Part shown: in pieces, positions 55,501 through 64,000 of the stretch | Position numbering within the stretch: the first letter of the stretch is position 1 | How the letters are laid out: every line of letters starts with the position of its first letter | Source of the DNA: Auanema rhodensis | Taxonomy: Eukaryota; Animalia; Nematoda | Direction: 5' to 3' | NCBI GenBank assembly: GCA_964057225.1 | Contig: OZ059900.1 | Coordinates: 8,494,001 to 8,558,000, forward strand | DNA length: 64,000 nt | Made by a program: the position numbers and the translations under genes | Notes under the pieces: generated by a model | What the model saw: only the letters and a program-made list of their open reading frames with translations | Databases searched by the model: none | Told to the model about the DNA's origin: nothing

Positions 55501-58500
55501 TCGTTTTAGAAGAAAAAAATATGCTTAAGATCAAAAGTTTGACTGATTTTGCCAAAATGCCCTTCAAACCCCAAAAAACCAATAATTCTTGATATTTTCG
55601 GTCCTTTTTAACCAAAGTGGTTAAAATTGGACATATATATGTAGAAATAGTCGAAGTTTATGAATCCTGAATTTCAAATCCATATCTCAAAGGGTCTGAT
55701 CAAAACATACAGTTTTCACATGTTTTGTACCCAAAATCGTTGAATATATGGCGTTTTGAGCATAAAAAGGCCCATATTTCAATCAGTTTTGATATTCGTG
55801 CAAAATACACCTATATGAACATTCTTTGACAGTATTACATACATTTAGTCGTTTTAGAAGAAAAAAATATGCTTAAGATCAAAAGTTTGACTGATTTTGC
55901 CAAAATGCCCTTCAATAACCAAAAAACCAATAATTCTTGATATTTTCAGTCCTTTTTGACCAAAGTGGTTAAAATTGGACATAAATATGTAAAAATAGTC
56001 AAAGTTTATGAATCCTGAATTTCAAATCCATATCTCAAAGGGTCTGATCAAAACATACAGTTTTCACATGTTTTGTACCCAAAATCGTTGAATATATGGC
56101 GTTTTGAGCATAAAAAGGCCCATATTTCAATCAGTTTTGATATTCGTGCAAAATACACCTATATGAACATTCTTTGACAGTATTTCATACATTTAGTCGT
56201 TTTAGAAAAAAAAAATATGCTTAAGATCAAAAGTTTGAGTGATTTTGCCAAAATGCCCTTCAATCCCCAAAAAACCAATAATTCTTGATATTTTCGGTCC
56301 TTTTTGACCAAAGTGGTTAAAATTGGACATAAATATGTAAAAATAGTCAAAGTTTATGAATCCTGAATTTCAAATCCATATCTCAAAGGGTCTGATCAAA
56401 ACATACAGTTTTCACATGTTTTGTACCCAAAATCGTTGAATATATGGCGTTTTGAGCATAAAAAGGCCCATATTTCAATCAGTTTGGATATTTGTGCAAA
56501 ATACACCTATATGAACATTCTATGACAGTATTTCATACATTTAGTCGTTTTAGAAGAAAAAAATATGCTTAAGATCAAAAGTTTGACTGATTTTGCCAAA
56601 ATGCCCTTCAATCCCCAAAAAACCAATAATTCTTGATATTTTCGGTCCTTTTTGACCAAAGTGGTTAAAATTAGACATAAATATGTAAAAATAGTCAAAG
56701 TTTATGAATCCTGAATTTCAAATCCATATCTCAAAGGGTCTGATCAAAACATACAGTTTTCACATGTTTTGTACCCAGAATCGTTGAATATATGGCGTTT
56801 AGAGCATAAAAAGGCCCATATTTCAATCAGTTTCGATATTCGTGCAAAATACACCTATATGAACATTCTTTGACAGTATTTCATACATTTAGTCGTTTTA
56901 GAAGAAAAAAATATGCTTAAGATCAAAAGTTTGACTGATTTTGCCAAAATGCCCTTCAATAACCAAAAAACCAATAATTCTTGATATTTTCAGTCCTTTT
57001 TGACCAAAGTGGTTAAAATTGGACATAAATATGTAAAAATAGTCAAAGTTTATGAATCCTGAATTTCAAATCCATATCTCAAAGGGTCTGATCAAAACAT
57101 ACAGTTTTCACATGTTTTGTACCCAAAATCGTTGAATATATGGCGTTTTGAGCATAAAAAGGCCCATATTTCAATCAGTTTTGATATTCGTGCAAAATAC
57201 ACCTATATGAACATTCTTTGACAGTATTTCATACATTTAGTCGTTTTAGAAGAAAAAAATATGCTTAAGATCAAAAGTTTGACTGATTTTGCCAAAATGC
57301 CCTTCAATCCCCAAAAAACCAATAATTCTTGATATTTTCGGTCCTTTTTGACCAAAGTGGTTAAAATTGGACATAAATATGTAAAAATAGTCAAAGTTTA
57401 TGAATCCTGAATTTCAAATCCATATCTCAAAGGGTCTGATCAAAACATACAGTTTTCACATGTTTTGTACCCAAAATCGTTGAATATATGGCGTTTTGAG
57501 CATAAAAAGGCCCATATTTCAATCAGTTTGGATATTTGTGCAAAATACACCTATATGAACATTCTATGACAGTATTTCATACATTTAGTCGTTTTAGAAG
57601 AAAAAAATATGCTTAAGATCAAAAGTTTGACTGATTTTGCCAAAATGCCCTTCAATCCCCAAAAAACCAATAATTCTTGATATTTTCGGTCCTTTTTGAC
57701 CAAAGTGGTTAAAATTAGACATAAATATGTAAAAATAGTCAAAGTTTATGAATCCTGAATTTCAAATCCATATCTCAAAGGGTCTGATCAAAACATACAG
57801 TTTTCACATGTTTTGTACCCAGAATCGTTGAATATATGGCGTTTAGAGCATAAAAAGGCCCATATTTCAATCAGTTTCGATATTCGTGCAAAATACACCT
57901 ATATCAACATTCTATGACAGTATTCCATACATTTAGTCGTTTTAGAAGAAAAAAATATGCTTAAGATCAAAAGTTTGACTGATTTTGCCAAAATGCCCTT
58001 CAATCCCCAAAAAACCAATAATTCTTGATATTTTCGGTCCTTTTTGACCAAAGTGGTTAAAATTGAACATATATATGTAAAAATAGTCAAAGTTTATGAA
58101 TCCTGAATTTCAAATCCATATCTCAAAGGGTCTGATCAAAACATACAGTTTTCACATGTTTTGTACCCAAAATCGTTGAATATATGGCGTTTTGAGCATA
58201 AAAAGGCCCATATTTCAATCAGTTTTGATATTTGTGCAAAATAGACCTATATGAACATTCTATGACAGTATTTCATACATTTAGTCGTTTTAGAAGAAAA
58301 AAATATGCTTAAGATCAAAAGTTTGACTGATTTTGCCAAAATGCCCTTCAATAACCAAAAAACCAATAATTCTTGATATTTTCAGTCCTTTTCGACCAAA
58401 GTGGTTAAAATTGGACATAAATATGTGAAAATAGTCAAAGTTTATGAATCCTGAATTTCAAATCCATATCTCAAAGGGTCTGATCAAAACATACAGTTTT

Positions 58501-60080
58501 CACATGTTTTGTACCCAAAATCGTTGAATATATGGCGTTTTGAGCATAAAAAGGCCCATATTTCAATCAGTTTCGATATTCTTGCAAAATACACCTATAT
58601 CAACATTCTATGACAGTACTCCATACATTTAGTCGTTTTAGAAGAAAAAAATATGCTTAAGATCAAAAGTTTGACTGATTTTGCCAAAATGCCCTTCAAT
58701 CCCCAAAAAACCAATAATTCTTGATATTTTCGGTCCTTCTTGACCAAAGTGGTTAAAATTGGACATAAATATGTAAAAATAGTCAAAGTTTATGAATCCT
58801 GAATTTCAAATCCATATCTCAAAGGGTCTGATCAAAACATACAGTTTTCACATGTTTTGTACCCAAAATCGTTGAATATATGGCGTTTTGAGCATAAAAA
58901 GGCCCATATTTCAATCAGTTTCGATATTCGTGCAAAATACACCTATATCAACATTCTATGACAGTATTCCATACATTTAGTCGTTTTAGAAGAAAAAAAT
59001 ATGCTTAAGATCAAAAGTTTGACTGATTTTGCCAAAATGCCCTTCAATCCCCAAAAAACCAATAATTCTTGATATTTTCGGTCCTTTTTGACCAAAGTGG
59101 TTAAAATTGGACATAAATATGTAAAAATAGTCAAAGTTTATGAATCCTGAATTTCAAATCCATATCTCAAAGGGTCTGATCAAAACATACAGTTTTCACA
59201 TGTTTTGTACCCAAAATCGTTGAATATATGGCGTTTTGAGCATAAAAAGGCCCATATTTCAATCAGTTTCGATATTCGTGCAAAATACACCTATATCAAC
59301 ATTCTATGACAGTATTCCATACATTTAGTCGTTTTAGAAGAAAAAAATATGCTTAAGATCAAAAGTTTGACTGATTTTGCCAAAATGCCCTTCAATCCCC
59401 AAAAAACCAATAATTCTTGATATTTTCGGTCCTTTTTGACCAAAGTGGTTGAAATTGGACATAAATATGTAAAAATAGTCAAAGTTTATGAATCCTGAAT
59501 TTCAAATCCATATCTCAAAGGGTCTGATCAAAACATACAGTTTTCACATGTTTTGTACCCAAAATCGTTGAATATATGGCGTTTTGAGCATAAAAAGGCC
59601 CATATTTCAATCAGTTTTGATATTCGTGCAAAATACACCTATATGAACATTCTTTGACAGTATTTCATACATTTAGTCGTTTTAGAAGAAAAAAATATGC
59701 TTAAGATCAAAAGTTTGACTGATTTTGCCAAAATGCCCTTCAATCCCCAAAAAACCAATAATTCTTGATATTTTCGGTCTTTTTGACCAAAGTGGTTAAA
59801 ATTGGACATATATATGTAAAAATAGTCAAAGTTTATGAATCCTGAATTTCAAATCCATATCTCAAAGGGTCTGATCAAAACATACAGTTTTCACATGTTT
59901 TGTACCCAAAATCGTTGAATATATGGCGTTTTGAGCATAAAAAGGCCCATATTTCACTCAGTTTGGATATTTGTGCAAAATACACCTATATGAACATTCT
60001 ATGACAGTCTTCCATACATTTAGTCGTTTTAGAAGAAAAAAATATGCTTAAGATCAAAAGTTTGACTGATTTTGCCAAAA
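52232..60080. repeat. Block of about 6.5 monomers duplicated at 16-monomer offset (5567 bp): M151-M157 versus M167-M173
   Basis: Shared rare variants: AATAACC plus CAGTCCTTTTCG (M152/M168), AGTACTCC (M153/M169), and the 1-bp deletion GGTCTTTTTGA giving 347-bp monomers (M156/M172). Confidence 0.9.
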
Positions 60081-63000
60081 TGCCCTTCAATCCCCAAAAA
60101 ACCAATAATTCTTGATATTTTCGGTCCTTTTTGACCAAAGTGGTTAAAATTGGACATATATATGTAAAAATAGTCAAAGTTTATGAATCCTGAATTTCAA
60201 ATCCATATCTCAAAGGGTCTGATCAAAACATACAGTTTTCACATGTTTTGTACCCAAAATCGTTGAATATATGGCGTTTTGAGCATAAAAAGGCCCATAT
60301 TTCAATCAGTTTCGATATTCGTGCAAAATACACCTATATCAACATTCTATGACAGTATTCCATACATTTAGTCGTTTTAGAAGAAAAAAATATGCTTAAG
60401 ATCAAAAGTTTGACTGATTTTGCCAAAATGCCCTTCAATCCCCAAAAAACCAATAATTCTTGATATTTTCGGTCCTTTTTGACCAAAGTGGTTAAAATTG
60501 AACATATATATGTAAAAATAGTCAAAGTTTATGAATCCTGAATTTCAAATCCATATCTCAAAGGGTCTGATCAAAACATACAGTTTTCACATGTTTTGTA
60601 CCCAAAATCGTTGAATATATGGCGTTTTGAGCATAAAAAGGCCCATATTTCAATCAGTTTTGATATTTGTGCAAAATAGACCTATATGAACATTTTATGA
60701 CAGTATTTCATACATTTAGTCGTTTTAGAAGAAAAAAATATGCCTAAGATCAAAAGTTTGACTGATTTAGCCAAAATGTCCTTCAAACCCCAAAAAACCA
60801 ATAATTCTTGATATTTTCGGTCCTTTTTGACCAAAGTGGTTAAAATTGAACATATATATGTAAAAATAGTCAAAGTTTATGAATCCTGAATTTCAAATCC
60901 ATATCTCAAAGGGTCTGATCAAAACATACAGTTTTCACATGTTTTGTACCCAAAATCGTTGAATATATGGCGTTTTGAGCATAAAAAGGCCCATATTTCA
61001 ATCAGTTTTGATATTTGTGCAAAATACACCTATATGAACATTCTATGACAGTATTTCATACATTTAGTCGTTTTAGAAGAAAAAAATATGCTTAAGATCA
61101 GAAGTTTGACTGATTTTGCCAAAATGCCCTTCAATCCCCAAAAAACCAATAATTCTTGATATTTTCGGTCCTTTTTGACCAAAGTGGTTAAAATTGGACA
61201 TAAATATGTAAAAATAGTCAAAGTTTATGAATCCTGAATTTCAAATCCATATCTCAAAGGGTCTGATCAAAACATACAGTTTTCACATGTTTTGTACCCA
61301 AAATCGTTGAATATATGGCGTTTTGAGCATAAAAAGGCCCATATTTCAATCAGTTTTGATATTCGTGCAAAATACACCTATATGAACATTCTTTGACAGT
61401 ATTTCATACATTTAGTCGTTTTAGAAGAAAAAAATATGCTTAAGATCAAAAGTTTGACTGATTTTGCCAAAATGCCCTTCAATCCCCAAAAAACCAATAA
61501 TTCTTGATATTTTCGGTCCTTTTTGACCAAAGTGGTTAAAATTGGACATAAATATGTAAAAATAGTCAAAGTTTATGAATCCTGAATTTCAAATCCATAT
61601 CTCAAAGGGTCTGATCAAAACATACAGTTTTCACATGTTTTGTACCCAAAATCGTTGAATATATGGCGTTTTGAGCATAAAAAGGCCCATATTTCAATCA
61701 GTTTCGATATTCGTGCAAAATACACCTATATCAACATTCTATGACAGTATTCCATACATTTAGTCGTTTTAGAAGAAAAAAATATGCTTAAGATCAAAAG
61801 TTTGACTGATTTTGCCAAAATGCCCTTCAATCCCCAAAAAACCAATAATTCTTGATATTTTCGGTCCTTTTTAACCAAAGTGGTTAAAATTGAACATATA
61901 TATGTAAAAATAGTCAAAGTTTATGAATCCTGAATTTCAAATCCATATCTCAAAGGGTCTGATCAAAACATACAGTTTTCACATGTTTTGTACCCAAAAT
62001 CGTTGAATATATGGCGTTTTGAGCATAAAAAGGCCCATATTTCAATCAGTTTCGATATTCGTGCAAAATACACCTATATCAACATTCTATGACAGTATTC
62101 CATACATTTAGTCGTTTTAGAAGAAAAAAATATGCTTAAGATCAAAAGTTTGACTGATTTTGCCAAAATGCCCTTCAAACCCCAAAAAACCAATAATTCT
62201 TGATATTTTCGGTCCTTTTTAACCAAAGTGGTTAAAATTGGACATATATATGTAGAAATAGTCGAAGTTTATGAATCCTGAATTTCAAATCCATATCTCA
62301 AAGGGTCTGATCAAAACATACAGTTTTCACATGTTTTGTACCCAAAATCGTTGAATATATGGCGTTTTGAGCATAAAAAGGCCCATATTTCAATCAGTTT
62401 TGATATTCGTGCAAAATACACCTATATGAACATTCTTTGACAGTATTTCATACATTTAGTCGTTTTAGAAGAAAAAAATATGCTTAAGATCAAAAGTTTG
62501 ACTGATTTTGCCAAAATGCCCTTCAATAACCAAAAAACCAATAATTCTTGATATTTTCAGTCCTTTTTGACCAAAGTGGTTAAAATTGGACATAAATATG
62601 TAAAAATAGTCAAAGTTTATGAATCCTGAATTTCAAATCCATATCTCAAAGGGTCTGATCAAAACATACAGTTTTCACATGTTTTGTACCCAAAATCGTT
62701 GAATATATGGCGTTTTGAGCATAAAAAGGCCCATATTTCAATCAGTTTTGATATTCGTGCAAAATACACCTATATGAACATTCTTTGACAGTATTTCATA
62801 CATTTAGTCGTTTTAGAAGAAAAAAATATGCTTAAGATCAAAAGTTTGACTGATTTTGCCAAAATGCCCTTCAATCCCCAAAAAACCAATAATTCTTGAT
62901 ATTTTCGGTCCTTTTTGACCAAAGTGGTTAAAATTGGACATAAATATGTAAAAATAGTCAAAGTTTATGAATCCTGAATTTCAAATCCATATCTCAAAGG

Positions 63001-64000
63001 GTCTGATCAAAACATACAGTTTTCACATGTTTTGTACCCAAAATCGTTGAATATATGGCGTTTTGAGCATAAAAAGGCCCATATTTCAATCAGTTTCGAT
63101 ATTCGTGCAAAATACACCTATATCAACATTCTATGACAGTATTCCATACATTTAGTCGTTTTAGAAGAAAAAAATATGCTTAAGATCAAAAGTTTGACTG
63201 ATTTTGCCAAAATGCCCTTCAATCCCCAAAAAACCAATAATTCTTGATATTTTCGGTCCTTTTTGACCAAAGTGGTTAAAATTGAACATATATATGTAAA
63301 AATAGTCAAAGTTTATGAATCCTGAATTTCAAATCCATATCTCAAAGGGTCTGATCAAAACATACAGTTTTCACATGTTTTGTACCCAAAATCGTTGAAT
63401 ATATGGCGTTTTGAGCATAAAAAGGCCCATATTTCAATCAGTTTTGATATTTGTGCAAAATAGACCTATATGAACATTTTATGACAGTATTTCATACATT
63501 TAGTCGTTTTAGAAGAAAAAAATATGCCTAAGATCAAAAGTTTGACTGATTTAGCCAAAATGTCCTTCAAACCCCAAAAAACCAATAATTCTTGATATTT
63601 TCGGTCCTTTTTGACCAAAGTGGTTAAAATTGAACATATATATGTAAAAATAGTCAAAGTTTATGAATCCTGAATTTCAAATCCATATCTCAAAGGGTCT
63701 GATCAAAACATACAGTTTTCACATGTTTTGTACCCAAAATCGTTGAATATATGGCGTTTTGAGCATAAAAAGGCCCATATTTCAATCAGTTTTGATATTT
63801 GTGCAAAATACACCTATATGAACATTCTATGACAGTATTTCATACATTTAGTCGTTTTAGAAGAAAAAAATATGCTTAAGATCAGAAGTTTGACTGATTT
63901 TGCCAAAATGCCCTTCAATCCCCAAAAAACCAATAATTCTTGATATTTTCGGTCCTTTTTGACCAAAGTGGTTAAAATTGGACATAAATATGTAAAAATA

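Larger units (their letters stand above)
1..64000. repeat. Satellite DNA tandem array, 348-bp AT-rich monomer, about 184 head-to-tail copies (candidate centromeric/pericentromeric satellite)
   Basis: The unit AGTTTTCACATGTTTTGTACCCAAAATCG...GGTCTGATCAAAACATAC recurs every 348 bp (starts 1, 349, 697, 1045 ... 63714), and the ORF track repeats with the same period. All copies have the same orientation and I saw no non-repeat sequence. The centromeric label is inference only. Confidence 0.99.

Noticed and set aside
101-63657. Tandem 63-aa minus-strand ORFs (MTIFTYIC...) as a multicopy small-protein gene family
   Set aside because: They start at TTG, not ATG, and contain no domain I recognise. 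Many common variants change amino acids, and about 20 monomers lose the frame through start loss, stops or frameshifts. Repetition simply reflects the satellite period. Ribo-seq or proteomics would be needed to revive the idea.
1-64000. CRISPR array or other repeat-spacer/cassette system
   Set aside because: There are no unique spacers or cassettes; the entire 348 bp repeats. No cas, integrase or recombinase genes are present.
1-64000. Transposon insertion, strand switch or telomeric repeats within the array
   Set aside because: The 348-bp register is fully accounted for by eight small indels, leaving no room for inserted sequence. All ORF-track copies lie on one strand and I saw no telomere-type repeats.

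Overview
The whole 64-kb window is one uninterrupted, head-to-tail, single-orientation tandem array of an AT-rich satellite DNA with a 348-bp monomer (about 30% GC by hand count of the consensus). It holds 183 complete monomers plus a partial 184th and runs off both ends. Monomers differ at only a few recurrent positions, and only 8 deviate from 348 bp. I found no genes, RNA genes, transposon insertions, inversions or CRISPR arrays. The recurring 63-aa minus-strand 'ORFs' are a by-product of the repeat (TTG start, freely broken). The informative structure lies in the variant pattern: local higher-order repeats and block duplications of 3, 5, 9, 10 (2x5), 12 and 16 monomers, chimeric monomers, regionally confined variants, and an ancestral three-monomer order that flanks a central domain lacking it. 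Within the monomer there is a conserved ~60-bp imperfect hairpin, ~10.5-bp phased A/T tracts and a possible relic 2x174-bp dimer structure. This looks like a eukaryotic (peri)centromeric or other heterochromatic satellite. Species and centromere function cannot be established from sequence alone, and I do not see a novel gene-encoded system. Monomers are numbered M1-M184, with M1 starting at base 1, and 'position' means position within the monomer.
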